From Trueperaceae bacterium (GTDB lineage Bacteria; Deinococcota; Deinococci; Deinococcales; Trueperaceae), in the NCBI GenBank assembly GCA_034521815.1, contig JAXHLW010000013.1, forward strand, positions 544,001 to 608,000: a stretch of DNA of 64,000 nucleotides, in the 5' to 3' direction. The position numbers were made by a program, and so were the translations under genes. Shown in pieces: positions 11,627-21,673 of the stretch. The notes beneath the pieces are model-generated. The model did not search any database. It was not told the origin of the DNA and saw only the letters and a list, made by a program, of their open reading frames with translations. How positions within the stretch are numbered: the stretch's first letter is position 1; every line of letters starts with the position of its first letter.

Positions 11627-13309
11627 ATGACGCCGCTCTGGATGGTCCTCGTGTCGCTGGTCGCAGGCTGGGCGATCGGCTCGGCGCCGCTGGGCGCGTG
11701 GTGGATCCGCCGTGCCGCGGGGCGCGATCCGCGCGACCTGAACCCGTCCCTGCTGGGCGTCGAGAACGTGTTCCGGCTGCTCGGACCGCCCGTCGCGGCG
11801 GTCGGCTTCATCCTCGACGTGCTCAAGGGCGCGGTGGCGGTGGTGATCGCGCCCGCGGCCGGCGCGGCGGCGGTGGGCGTCCTGGCGGGCCACGTCCTTC
11901 CGCCCCCCTGGCCCGGCGACGCGCGCGCCCCGCGAGGCCGCGGCAACGGCGTGCTGGCGGGGGCGCTGACGGCGCTGGTCGCTGCGGGCGACATGCCGTT
12001 CCTGGCGGCGGGCGCGGGGGCGGCCGTGTACGCCGCGGCGTTGGCGCAGTGGGGGTTCGCGACGCCGGCGACGCTGCTGGGGCTGCTGACGATGCTGATG
12101 TGGCCCGGTGCCCCCGTGGGCGTCTCCGCGGGCTGGCTGGCGCTGTTGACGGTGCGCGGCCTTCCGTCGCTGGCGCGCATCGCGGACGGCACCGAGCCAC
12201 GGCTGGGCGATCCTCCCCCGGTGCGGGGTCTGGCACCGGGCCGGGTGCGCGCGGCGTTCATGATCCATCCGATGACGCTGGACGACATCTGGCAGGTCCC
12301 GAGCCAGCGCTGGGTGCATCTCCTTCACCGGCGGGGCTGGCTGCCCGAGCCCGCGCTTCGGCGGGTCTTGCCGTGGCTGCGTCCCCAGCTCCACGGGATC
12401 GTGCGCGGCGTCGAGCTGGCCGACGGACGGACGCTGGAGGTGGTGCTGATCGGCGGTCCGATGCTTCCCGACCAGATCCGCGCCGACCCGGCGACGGCGA
12501 CCCGAATGGCGATCCGGGGCGCCCAGCTGGCCCGCGAGATGGGCGCCGAGGCGTTCGGTCTGGGCGCGTTCTGGTCCACGGTGGGCGACAAGGGACGGAG
12601 GGTCCAGGAGGCGGTGCCGGACCTGCCCGTCACGCACGGTGGCAGCTACACCGCCGCGACCGTCGGAGCGGCGATCCCCGGTCTGCTGGAGCGGTTCCGC
12701 GAGGAGGGCGGGACCTTGGCGCGCAGCACCGCCGCGGTCGTGGGCGCCAACGGCGTGGTCGCGTTCGGCGTCGCGCGCACGCTGGCGGAGCACGTCGGCG
12801 AGCTGATCCTGATCGGGACCGATCCGGTTCGCCTGGAACGGAGCGCCGCGACGCTACGGCACAAGCATCCGACGCTGGAGGTCCGCACCTCGACCGACCC
12901 GGCGGACGTGGCTGCGGCCGACCTGGTGTTCACGGCCACCAGCGATCCGGGCGTCGTCATCCGGCCGGAGCATGTCCGGCCGGGCGCCTGGATCTACGAT
13001 CTGGGTCGTCCGGCCGACGTCGATCCCGCCGTCCGCGAGGTGCCCGGCGTGCAGCTCGTGCCCGGCGGCGTGGTTCGGCCGCCCGGGCGAAGCGTGAGCG
13101 ACCTGGACCTGCACTTCGGCGACGGGCTGGTGCCCGCCTGCCTGGCGGAGACGATGATCCTGGCGGCCAGCGGCGAGCCGCACCGCGCCAAGACCGGTGG
13201 CACGGCCCGGGCGGCCGACGTGGCCTGGTTCCTGCAGGAGGGGCAGCGCCTGGGGTTCGAGATCGTGACGCGCGACGACCGGGTGGTGCGCGCCGAGGTC
13301 GTGCCTTGA
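11627..13309 (+). CDS. fusion of divergent PlsY-like acyltransferase domain and acyl-ACP-reductase-like NAD(P)-binding domain
   Basis: N-terminal GSAP, D.R...GVEN..R, DVLKG, AGH..P, GTEPR; C-terminal AFMIHP, GLGAFWS, THGGSYT, VVGANGVVA, DLGRP.D, ACLAET. Confidence 0.8.
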   Translation: MTPLWMVLVSLVAGWAIGSAPLGAWWIRRAAGRDPRDLNPSLLGVENVFRLLGPPVAAVGFILDVLKGAVAVVIAPAAGAAAVGVLAGHVLPPPWPGDARAPRGRGNGVLAGALTALVAAGDMPFLAAGAGAAVYAAALAQWGFATPATLLGLLTMLMWPGAPVGVSAGWLALLTVRGLPSLARIADGTEPRLGDPPPVRGLAPGRVRAAFMIHPMTLDDIWQVPSQRWVHLLHRRGWLPEPALRRVLPWLRPQLHGIVRGVELADGRTLEVVLIGGPMLPDQIRADPATATRMAIRGAQLAREMGAEAFGLGAFWSTVGDKGRRVQEAVPDLPVTHGGSYTAATVGAAIPGLLERFREEGGTLARSTAAVVGANGVVAFGVARTLAEHVGELILIGTDPVRLERSAATLRHKHPTLEVRTSTDPADVAAADLVFTATSDPGVVIRPEHVRPGAWIYDLGRPADVDPAVREVPGVQLVPGGVVRPPGRSVSDLDLHFGDGLVPACLAETMILAASGEPHRAKTGGTARAADVAWFLQEGQRLGFEIVTRDDRVVRAEVVP

Positions 13310-13349
13310 CGGGTCCTGCCTCGAGCGGGCCGCCTCCGAAGGCGGCCCC

Positions 13350-14129
13350 ATGAAAGCGTTCCGGTTCGCCGGCGATCTGGAGGCCGATCCTCCGGCGGCG
13401 GCCGCGCTGTGGGCGGCGGGGTGCCGCGGGATGCAGCAGGAGGGCGAGGAGATCGTCGCCTGGTTCGACGACGAGCGGGCGCTGCCGGTGCGCGGCCGCT
13501 GGGAGGAGGCGGACGACACCGACTGGGTGGCCAGCTACTTCGCCGGCCTGAAGCCGGTGCGGCTCACCACCTTGGTGGTCGCGCCCACCCACGCGGAGGT
13601 GGCGCTGACGGCGGGGCAGAAGCCGCTGTGGCTGGATCCCGGCATGGCGTTCGGCACCGGCCACCACGAGACGACGCGCATGGCGCTGTCGCGACTGGAA
13701 CGGGCGGAGCTGACCGGAGCACGCGTGCTGGACGTCGGGGCGGGGTCGGGGATCCTGGCCATCGCGGCGGACCTGTTGGGCGCGGCGTCGGCGCTGGGTG
13801 TCGACGTCGATCCTGCGACGCTGCCGGTGGCCGCGGAGAACGCCCGGCTGAACAGGTCGCGGGCACGTTTCGAGCTGGCCACCGTGGACCGGGCGCGACC
13901 CGAGCAGCGCTGCGACGTGCTGGTCGCGAACCTGTTCGCCGAGCTCCATGCCGAGCTCGCCGGCGAGTACGCGGCGGTGCTCGCACCGGGAGGCGCAGCG
14001 TTTCTGACGGGCATCCTGGACGATCGGGCCGACCTGGTCGAGGCGGCGCTGCCGGCCTCGCTGCGCCTGCTGGCCAGCGAGGCCGACGGCCCGTGGCGCC
14101 TGATGGCGCTGCAGCGGGTCGGATCGTGA
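13350..14129 (+). CDS. prmA: ribosomal protein L11 methyltransferase
   Basis: DPGMAFGTGHHETT, VLDVGAGSGILAI, VANL, GIL. Confidence 0.95.
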   Translation: MKAFRFAGDLEADPPAAAALWAAGCRGMQQEGEEIVAWFDDERALPVRGRWEEADDTDWVASYFAGLKPVRLTTLVVAPTHAEVALTAGQKPLWLDPGMAFGTGHHETTRMALSRLERAELTGARVLDVGAGSGILAIAADLLGAASALGVDVDPATLPVAAENARLNRSRARFELATVDRARPEQRCDVLVANLFAELHAELAGEYAAVLAPGGAAFLTGILDDRADLVEAALPASLRLLASEADGPWRLMALQRVGS

Positions 14130-14542
14130 GGTCGCACGTGGGCAGGACCGTGGCACGCTGGCTGGCCCTGGCGCTGGTGGCGGCCAGCTCCGCCTGCACG
14201 CCGCTGTACCTTCCGCCGGTCCCGCAGCAGCTGCCCACGCTGGAGACGCGCCTCCGCTTGCGCGATGTGCGCGTCGACCGGCTGGGCGGCCAGCCTGCGC
14301 TGGCGTTCGTCGCTGCCGAGGTGCCCACGCCGGGGTGGGCGGCCGTGCAGTGGTTCCCGCCCAGCGGGGGCGAGGTGGCGTCGGCCAGCGTGTGGCTGGA
14401 CGAAGCGTCGCTGGGCAGGGTGACGCGCGTTCCGTTCCCGGACGACGTCGCCCGCGAGCGTCCCGGCCGCTGGCGGGCGGTGCTGTCGTTCGGCGACCGC
14501 ATCGTCCGTCAGCTCGAATGGGACGAGCCCGCCGGACCGTAG
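14126..14542 (+). CDS. putative lipoprotein
   Basis: GTG overlaps prmA stop; hydrophobic stretch with SSAC lipobox; beta-rich body. Confidence 0.7.
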   Translation: MRSHVGRTVARWLALALVAASSACTPLYLPPVPQQLPTLETRLRLRDVRVDRLGGQPALAFVAAEVPTPGWAAVQWFPPSGGEVASASVWLDEASLGRVTRVPFPDDVARERPGRWRAVLSFGDRIVRQLEWDEPAGP

Positions 14543-14579
14543 CGGTCGGGCGGGCTCGTGACGGACGGATCGTCGGACG

Positions 14580-16772
14580 TCAGGCGGCTCGGCGAGCTCC
14601 TCTGAGCGAGTCGCGCTGCCGGCCCTTGAACCAGACCACCAGCGGCGAGAGGATGAAGATGCTCGAGTACGTCCCGACGCCGATGCCGATCAGCAGGGTG
14701 GCCGAGAAGTCGCGCAGCACGCTCCCCCCGAACAGCAGCAGGGCGATGACCGGCAGCAGGGTGGTGCCGGAGGTCATCAGGGTGCGCGACAGGGTCTGGT
14801 TGACCGACAGGTCCACGATCTCCTCGTAGCTGCGGTCGCGGACCTTGCGCAAGTTCTCGCGGATCCGGTCGGCGATGATGATCGAGTCGTTCAGCGAGTA
14901 GCCGACGACGAACAGCATCGCGGCCAGGACCGGAATGCTGAACTGGGCGTTCAGCAGGTCGATCACGCCCAGCGTGATGCCGACGTCGTGGATCGCGGCG
15001 ATGACCGCGGCGATCGCCACGATCCAGGTCGGCCAGAAGCGCCACGACACGTACAGCAGGATCAGCGCCAGCGCCACGCCGACGGCGTACAGCGCACCGC
15101 GGCGCAGGTCGGCCCCGACGGCGGGCCCGACGAAGTCGGCCTGCAGCAGCGAGGCGTTCAGGGCGCTCGCCAGGTCGGTGGGGAACTGGTCGGCGACGTC
15201 CTCGTTCTCGGTCAGGCCCACGCGGACGCTCATCAGGTTCTCGCCCAGCACGTCGTCCTGCACCTCGACCACGGTCGCTTCGTCGCCCGACACGCCTTCG
15301 AACCCGAGCGCGTCGATCGCGGACCGGACGCCGCCGACGGTCAGCGGCTCCTCGCCCTGCATCAGCACCGCGGTGCCGCCGGTGAAGTCGGTGGAGAGCT
15401 GCAGCCCCTTGATCGCCACGGTGGCGATCGCCCCCAGCGCCAGCACGGCCGAGATCGCCATGACGACCGGGGCACGCCGGACGAAGCGGAAGCGGAGGCC
15501 GGTCGCGTAGAACCCTTTGGGCATCATCGGACGGCGGATCTTGGTGCTGGCCAGGTCCAACATCCAGGGGACGACCACGGTGTTGACGAACACCGCGGCG
15601 ACGATCCCGATCGCCAGCGTGATCGCGAAGCCCCGCACCGGACCGGCGGTGTACTGGTACAGCGTTCCGGCGGCCAGCAGGGTCGTGACGTTGGCGTCGA
15701 TGATGGCCGAGAGCGAGTTGCCGAAGCCGTGCTTCATCGACAGCCTGAGCCCGCGTCCGGCGCGGAGCTCCTCCTTGATGCGCTCGAAGCTGATCACGTT
15801 GCCGTCGACGGCGGCTCCGATGGTCAGCACCAGGCCGGCCAGGCCGGGCAGCGTCAGCGCGGCGCCCAGGCCGGCGAGCACGCCGAACACGAACAGCAGC
15901 GCCAGCATGACGCCGACGGTGAGAATCCCGCCGAACAACGGACCGTAGTACGCCAGGATCACAACGATCACCGCCGCGCCGCCGATCAGCGCCGCGTTGC
16001 GGCCGGCCCGGATCGAGTCCTGGCCCAGCGTCGGCCCGATCGAGCGGACCTCCTGGACCTGGAGGTTGATCGGCAGGCTGCCGCTGCGGAGCACCAGCGC
16101 GATGTCGGTCGCCTCGTCCAAGCTCTCGATGCCGGTGATCTGGCCCGAGTCGCTGATGCGCGACTGCAGCGTGGGGGCGGTGATGATGGTCCCGTCCAGC
16201 ACGATCGCCATCCGGCGGCCGGTGTTGCTGCCGGTGAAGTCGCCGAAGTCGGACGCGTTCTCGCGCTTGATCTCGAAGAACACGGCCGGCCCCATCGAGG
16301 CGCCGCCGACCCGCTCGAAGTCCGCGCTGGCGGTGCGGACGATCTCGCCCGTGAAGGCGGTCTCCTCGAGCTGCTCCAAGGTGAGCTGCGAGGTCAGCAG
16401 ACTGTTCGCCTCGGGCCGCACGAGCGCGAACTCGAGCTGCGCCTGCTGGCCGATCAGGTCCAGCGCGCGGTCCTGATCGCTGGAGGTGAGCCCGGGCAGC
16501 TCGACGATGATGCGATCGCCGCCGCTGGTCTGGATCAGCGGCTCGGCGACGCCGAACTCGTTCACGCGGTTCTCGATGATGTTGCGGGCGGCCTGCAGAT
16601 CCTGAGGTGCGGGGTCGGGCAGCTCGGACTGCAGCACGACGCGGAGGCCGCCCTGGAGGTCGAGGCCGAGCTTCAGGGCGTCCGCGTCAGGCGTCCACGG
16701 TTTCCAGAGGTAGGCCAGCGAGGCGAGGATGGCGGCCAGCACCAGCAGGCCGGTGAACAATCGTTGGGTCAT
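14580..16772 (-). CDS. secDF: protein translocase subunit SecDF (fused)
   Basis: LGLDLQGG, GPTLGQD, AVDGNV..FERIKEE, DANVTT, DFTGG, GYSLNDSIII.DRIRE, RTLMTS. Confidence 0.97.
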   Translation of the reverse strand: MTQRLFTGLLVLAAILASLAYLWKPWTPDADALKLGLDLQGGLRVVLQSELPDPAPQDLQAARNIIENRVNEFGVAEPLIQTSGGDRIIVELPGLTSSDQDRALDLIGQQAQLEFALVRPEANSLLTSQLTLEQLEETAFTGEIVRTASADFERVGGASMGPAVFFEIKRENASDFGDFTGSNTGRRMAIVLDGTIITAPTLQSRISDSGQITGIESLDEATDIALVLRSGSLPINLQVQEVRSIGPTLGQDSIRAGRNAALIGGAAVIVVILAYYGPLFGGILTVGVMLALLFVFGVLAGLGAALTLPGLAGLVLTIGAAVDGNVISFERIKEELRAGRGLRLSMKHGFGNSLSAIIDANVTTLLAAGTLYQYTAGPVRGFAITLAIGIVAAVFVNTVVVPWMLDLASTKIRRPMMPKGFYATGLRFRFVRRAPVVMAISAVLALGAIATVAIKGLQLSTDFTGGTAVLMQGEEPLTVGGVRSAIDALGFEGVSGDEATVVEVQDDVLGENLMSVRVGLTENEDVADQFPTDLASALNASLLQADFVGPAVGADLRRGALYAVGVALALILLYVSWRFWPTWIVAIAAVIAAIHDVGITLGVIDLLNAQFSIPVLAAMLFVVGYSLNDSIIIADRIRENLRKVRDRSYEEIVDLSVNQTLSRTLMTSGTTLLPVIALLLFGGSVLRDFSATLLIGIGVGTYSSIFILSPLVVWFKGRQRDSLRGARRAA

Positions 16773-16886
16773 CGGGGCTCCCTATCGACGCGTCGTCGTC
16801 GAGGCGTCGTCATGTCGGTGGTGTTCAGAGCTGTGGTGTTCAGAGCTGTTCGGGATGCGGGCGTGTCGTGCCATGCCGCCCGACCC

Positions 16887-17309
16887 TCAGCCGCCTTCCA
16901 AGTTCCTTCGGGCGAACCACCGTTGCGCGCGGGTTCGCACGGCCCCGCGCGATCCCAGGAGGTGCCTGCCGGCCGGCGTGGCGGGCCGGGTCACGGCCGC
17001 GCGCCGCACCGTGCCGGCGAGCCGGTGATGGCTGGCCGGCGCGCTCGCGGACGACACCGGGGCCGTCCACAGCAGCGTCGTGGGCGTGGCGGTCAGGCCC
17101 GGATCGGCCGGCCCGTCGGCCGGCCGGTCGGCTCGGCTCGCGTCCGGGTGCAGCTGCAGCCCGGCCAGCGCCACCGACGTCGCCAACAGGAGCGCGACCG
17201 CCAGCGTCACCGTCGCCGCCACCATCGCCGCCACCGCGACGCCGGACGGGTCGCGGGATCGCACGCAGGGGCGCGATCGAGCGGGGCGGGGAGGACGGGC
17301 GCGGATCAC
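16887..17309 (-). CDS. hypothetical membrane-targeted leader protein upstream of secDF (candidate arrest peptide)
   Basis: TAGGAT -10 box 7 nt before GTG 17309; basic N-terminus, hydrophobic segment, Pro/Ala/Thr linker, ends WFARRNLEGG. Confidence 0.6.
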   Translation of the reverse strand: MIRARPPRPARSRPCVRSRDPSGVAVAAMVAATVTLAVALLLATSVALAGLQLHPDASRADRPADGPADPGLTATPTTLLWTAPVSSASAPASHHRLAGTVRRAAVTRPATPAGRHLLGSRGAVRTRAQRWFARRNLEGG

Positions 17310-17374
17310 GCGCGCCATCCTACCCCGCCCCGCGGGAGCGACGGTCGGTCCGTCGCGCTCCCGGGTCCGCGCGC

Positions 17375-19231
17375 TCAGGCGAGCGGGATCTCGACCATCT
17401 CGTAGACCTCGATCACGTCGCCTTCCTGCACGTTGTCGTAGTTCTGCAGGTTCACGCCGCACTCGAACCCCTGCGTCACCTCGCGCACGTCCTCCTTGAA
17501 GCGCTTGAGGCCGGCGACCGTGCCCTTGTACACCTCTTTGCCGTCGCGGGTGACGCGCGCCTTGGCGTTGCGCCTGAGCACGCCGTTCGTGACGTACGAG
17601 CCGGCGATGTTGCCGCTCCGGGGGACGCGGATGACCGCGCGGACCTCGGCGTGCCCGATGACCTTCTCTTCGAACTCGGGCTCGATCTGGCCGCGGATCA
17701 TCCGCTGCACGTCCTCGATCAGCTGGTAGATGATCTTGTACGTCTTGAGCGGAATGCCCTGGCGCTCGGCGGACTTCTTGACCGCGCCGGAGGGGTTGAC
17801 GCCGAAGGTGATCACCTGGGCGTCGGCGGTGGAGGCCAGCAGCAGGTCGGACTCGGTCGGGGCGCCGACCTCGGCCAGCATGATGTCGAGGTCGACTTCC
17901 TCGGTCGCCTCGGACTCGCGCTCCAGCACGCCCTTGATCGCTTCGAGCGTGCCTTGCGTGTCGGCCCTCAGCACCAGCGGAATCACCGTCTTGGTGGTCT
18001 TGCCGAACAGATCGGCCAGCGTGATGTTCTTGCGCCCGATCGCCTCGCGCTCGATCGTCTCGCGCTCGTCTTGGCGCGTTTCGGCGAGCTCCTTGGCGGC
18101 GGCCTCGTTCGGTGCCGCCTCGACCAGCGCGCCGGCCTGCGGCTGGCTGCTGAAGCCGAGGATCTGGACCGGCGTCGAAGGACCGGCCTCCTTCAGCGTC
18201 TTGCCGGTGTGGTCGGTGAGCCGGCGGATCTTGGCCCACGCCTCGCCCGAGACGACGTAGTCCGCGACGTGGAGCGTGCCGCGCTGCACCAGCACCGTCG
18301 ACAGCACGCCGGCCTGCTTGTCGAGGATCGACTCGATCACGACGCCCTTGGCGCGTCCGCGCGGATCGGCACGAAGGTCCTCGACCTCGGCGACCAGCGC
18401 GATCATCTCGAGCAGGTCGGGAATCCCCTCGCCCGTCTCGGCGCTGATCGGCACGGTGATCGTCTCGCCGCCGTAGTCCTCGGGCACCAGCTCGACCTGC
18501 ATCAGGTCGCGCTTGACGCGATCGGGGTCGGACTGCGGCAGGTCGATCTTGTTGATCGCCACCAGGATCGGCACGCCGGCGGCCTTGGCGTGGGCGATCG
18601 CCTCGCGCGTCTGCGGCATGATGCTGTCGTCCGCGGCGATGACGATCACGGCGATGTCGGTGGCGTTGGCGCCGCGCTGGCGGATGGCGGTGAACGCCTC
18701 GTGGCCTGGCGTGTCGAGGAAGGTGATCGGCCCGTGCACCGTGTCGGCGATGTACGCGCCGATGTGCTGGGTGATCCCGCCCGCCTCGCCCGCGGCGACC
18801 CGCGTCTTGCGGATATGGTCCAGCAGGCTGGTCTTGCCGTGGTCGACGTGGCCCATGACGGTCACGACCGGCGCCCTGAGCGGGAACGGCTGGCCGTCCT
18901 CGTCGAGCTCGGGACCGGCGTCGGCCGTGGCGACCGGCTCGGCCGGCTCGCCGGGCGAATCGGTCGTGGCGGCTGCGGCGGCCTCGTCCTGGTCCGCCTC
19001 GTCCGCGGCGGCCTGATCCGGGCTGGCCTCGTCGGGGCTGGCCTCGGCGCTGGAGGACTCGCCGTCACGGTCGGCCTCGACCAGGTCACGCACGGTGCTG
19101 GCGGTGTCGGCGTCCAAGGTGCTGGAGTGCGACTTGTACTCGACCCCCATGTCGTCCAGGATGGCGAGCAGCTCCTTGGATTCGACGCCTAGGTCTTTCG
19201 CGAGTTGGTAGATCCGGACTTTCGTGGGCAT
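17375..19231 (-). CDS. infB: translation initiation factor IF-2
   Basis: [33 protein letters not shown]. Confidence 0.98.
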   Translation of the reverse strand: MPTKVRIYQLAKDLGVESKELLAILDDMGVEYKSHSSTLDADTASTVRDLVEADRDGESSSAEASPDEASPDQAAADEADQDEAAAAATTDSPGEPAEPVATADAGPELDEDGQPFPLRAPVVTVMGHVDHGKTSLLDHIRKTRVAAGEAGGITQHIGAYIADTVHGPITFLDTPGHEAFTAIRQRGANATDIAVIVIAADDSIMPQTREAIAHAKAAGVPILVAINKIDLPQSDPDRVKRDLMQVELVPEDYGGETITVPISAETGEGIPDLLEMIALVAEVEDLRADPRGRAKGVVIESILDKQAGVLSTVLVQRGTLHVADYVVSGEAWAKIRRLTDHTGKTLKEAGPSTPVQILGFSSQPQAGALVEAAPNEAAAKELAETRQDERETIEREAIGRKNITLADLFGKTTKTVIPLVLRADTQGTLEAIKGVLERESEATEEVDLDIMLAEVGAPTESDLLLASTADAQVITFGVNPSGAVKKSAERQGIPLKTYKIIYQLIEDVQRMIRGQIEPEFEEKVIGHAEVRAVIRVPRSGNIAGSYVTNGVLRRNAKARVTRDGKEVYKGTVAGLKRFKEDVREVTQGFECGVNLQNYDNVQEGDVIEVYEMVEIPLA

Positions 19232-19552
19232 TCATCCCTCCCTGACGGGGCGTTCCCTGACGGGACGTTCGGTCACCTGCCGATCGAGCTCCGCCGCCAC
19301 CTCGGGGGCGGAGGCTCGAAAAGCGCGCCTGAGGTCTTTTTCGCTGGCCCGGGCCGCGCACGACGCGCACAGCCAAGCGCCTCGTCCACCGGCCTTGCCG
19401 GCCGGGTCGAGATGCCAAGCTCCGTCCGCCGTGCGCGCGACGCGCAGCAGCTCGGCCTTGGGCGCCGAGGTGCGGCAGCGAACGCAGCGTCGCATGGGGA
19501 CGTGTCGCGTGCCGACGTGTCGCTTGGGGACGTGGGGAGTGCGCGCCGTCAC
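19232..19552 (-). CDS. ylxR: YlxR/DUF448 family RNA-binding protein
   Basis: PMRRCVRCR..K.ELLR, GRGAWLC; between nusA and infB. Confidence 0.9.
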   Translation of the reverse strand: MTARTPHVPKRHVGTRHVPMRRCVRCRTSAPKAELLRVARTADGAWHLDPAGKAGGRGAWLCASCAARASEKDLRRAFRASAPEVAAELDRQVTERPVRERPVREG

Positions 19553-19554
19553 GG

Positions 19555-20961
19555 TCAGGACCCGCCGCCGCTCGTGTCCTTGTCGGAGAGGCCGTGCTCG
19601 GGCACGTCGTCCTCGGTGCGCTCCGCCTCGGCGTCGTCGAGCATGTCCTCGGCTACGGCGTCAGGGGCGGCCTCGGGGATCTCCTCCTCGAGCAGCTCGG
19701 TCTCGGTGCGCGGCGGCTGGTCCTCCCCTTCGGTCCCGGGCTGGGGGCCTGAGACCGTCCCGGGCTCCGACGCCGCGACGATCTCGGCGTCGGTGGGGAC
19801 GCCTCCGGGCTGGCCGCTCCCGAACAGCGCGTCGAACCGGGCACGCGAGCCGGCCTGCGGAGCGTACGGGTCGTCCAGCCGGGTGGCGGCCGCCTGCATC
19901 GCCGCGTCCAGGTCGCTGGTCGTGTCCGACGCCTCGAGGTCGATCTTGTAGCCGGTCAGCTTCACCGCCAGGCGGACGTTCTGCCCGCCCTTGCCGATCG
20001 CCAGCGAGAGCTGGTCCTCGGGAACGAGGACGCGCGCCTGCATCTCCTCCGAATCGAGCTCGATGGTGCCCACCTTGGCGGGGGAGAGCGCGTTGCGGAT
20101 GAACTCGCGCGGGTTGGCGTCCCACATGATGATGTCGACCCGCTCGCGCTGCAGCTCGGCGGTGACCGCCTGGATGCGGCTGCCGCGATGGCCGATGCAG
20201 GCGCCGATCGGGTCCACGTTCGGGCTGTTGCTGGTGACGGCCACCTTGCTGCGTGCGCCGGCCTCGCGGGCGGTCGCCTTGATCTCGACGGTGCCGTCGG
20301 CGACCTCGGGAATCTCCTGGCGCATCAGGTAGGTGAGCAGCTCGCCCGCCGCGCGCGACACCAGGATGCTGGGACCGCGGGTCCCGAGCTCGACGCTGGC
20401 GACGTACACCTTCAGGCGCATGCCCACCATGTAGCGCTCGCCCTGGATCTGCTCGCGCGGCGGCATGATCGCCTCGCCGCGGCCCAGGTCCACGAACACG
20501 TTGCGCTTGTTGTCGACGCGGCTGACGACGCCGGTGATGATCTCGCCGGCACGGTCCTTGTACTCCTCGTACACCAGCGCGCGCTCGGCCTCGCGGATCT
20601 TCTGGGTGATCATCTGCTTCGACGTCTGGACGGCGATGCGGGTGAACTTCTCGGGATCGACCGGGAACTCCATCTCCATGCCGACCTCGACGTCGGGATC
20701 GAGATCCACGGCCTCGCCCAAGAGGATCTCCTTCTCGTGCTCGTCCTCGTCCTCGTTGGGCTCCTCGACCACCTTGCGGATCTCGAGGACCTCCATCTCG
20801 CCGGACTCGGGGTCGATCGTGACCTCGATCCGCCGGCCGGGCATGACGTTGCGCTCGAACGCGTGCTCGAGCGCCTCCTCGAAGCTGACCAGCAGCTGGT
20901 CCTTGTCGAGGTTGCGTTCCGCCGCCATCATGTTGAGGGCGTCGATGAATTCCTTGTTCAT
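19555..20961 (-). CDS. nusA: transcription termination factor NusA
   Basis: S1 and KH domains: AREAGARSKVAV, DPIGACIG, LSLAIGKGGQNVRLA; ATG 20961; acidic tail. Confidence 0.97.
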   Translation of the reverse strand: MNKEFIDALNMMAAERNLDKDQLLVSFEEALEHAFERNVMPGRRIEVTIDPESGEMEVLEIRKVVEEPNEDEDEHEKEILLGEAVDLDPDVEVGMEMEFPVDPEKFTRIAVQTSKQMITQKIREAERALVYEEYKDRAGEIITGVVSRVDNKRNVFVDLGRGEAIMPPREQIQGERYMVGMRLKVYVASVELGTRGPSILVSRAAGELLTYLMRQEIPEVADGTVEIKATAREAGARSKVAVTSNSPNVDPIGACIGHRGSRIQAVTAELQRERVDIIMWDANPREFIRNALSPAKVGTIELDSEEMQARVLVPEDQLSLAIGKGGQNVRLAVKLTGYKIDLEASDTTSDLDAAMQAAATRLDDPYAPQAGSRARFDALFGSGQPGGVPTDAEIVAASEPGTVSGPQPGTEGEDQPPRTETELLEEEIPEAAPDAVAEDMLDDAEAERTEDDVPEHGLSDKDTSGGGS

Positions 20962-20996
20962 GGGGTGTCCGTCTCCTTCGTCGTATTCGGTTGTCG

Positions 20997-21440
20997 TCAG
21001 CGCGGCTCGTCGGGCCATTCGGCCAACCGCGCGGTCTCGATGTCGTCCAGGTCCAGCACGATCCGCTCGCCGTCGACCTCGAACGTGACCCGGTCTCGCT
21101 CGACCTCGCGAACGACGCCGGTGAAGGCGCGATCGGCGGTACGGACCTTGGCCCGCAGGTCGTGGAACCGTTCGAAGTGCCGCGCCCGGAAGAGCGGCCT
21201 CTCGGCGCCGGGCGACTCGATCTCGAGCTGGTACGCAGCGGCGATCGGGTCGAGCCGGTCGAGCTCCAGCCCGAACGCCTCGCCCGCGATCTGCACGTCC
21301 TCGACCGAGACGAGCTCTTCGTCCAGACGGTCGATGCGCACCAGGACTCGCGGCGTGCGTCCCTTCCGGGACATCGTGGCCTCGAGCACCTCGTAGCCGA
21401 GCGGCGCGAGAACCTCGCGAGCGGCCTGCGCCAGATCCAT
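20997..21440 (-). CDS. rimP: ribosome maturation factor RimP
   Basis: LVRIDR, LDPI..AYQLEIESPGAERPL; AGGAGG SD before ATG 21440. Confidence 0.93.
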   Translation of the reverse strand: MDLAQAAREVLAPLGYEVLEATMSRKGRTPRVLVRIDRLDEELVSVEDVQIAGEAFGLELDRLDPIAAAYQLEIESPGAERPLFRARHFERFHDLRAKVRTADRAFTGVVREVERDRVTFEVDGERIVLDLDDIETARLAEWPDEPR

Positions 21441-21512
21441 GCTACCTCCTAAGGTCCGCGCCGCCCCGCGGCCTGCGTTCGGCGATGCGTGCGGCGATGC
21501 GTGCCAGGCAAC

Positions 21513-21580
21513 GAAAAAGGCGGGCTCTGGAACACCCACCCGTCACGGCAGCCGGACCGTCGTCCGTTCACCATCCTAGC
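21513..21580 (-). promoter_or_regulatory. rimP operon promoter and leader hairpin
   Basis: Minus strand TAGGAT -10, then GGGTGGG-loop-CCCGCC-TTTTT, the kind of hairpin commonly seen before rimP. Confidence 0.6.
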
Positions 21581-21673
21581 GCTTCGCGGCCGCCAGGTAC
21601 AAGGCCGGTCGCGACGGCGCCGCAGCGCGAGGCGTCGCGACCGGCGTGCACCGCCTACGTGCACCGCGTTCGC

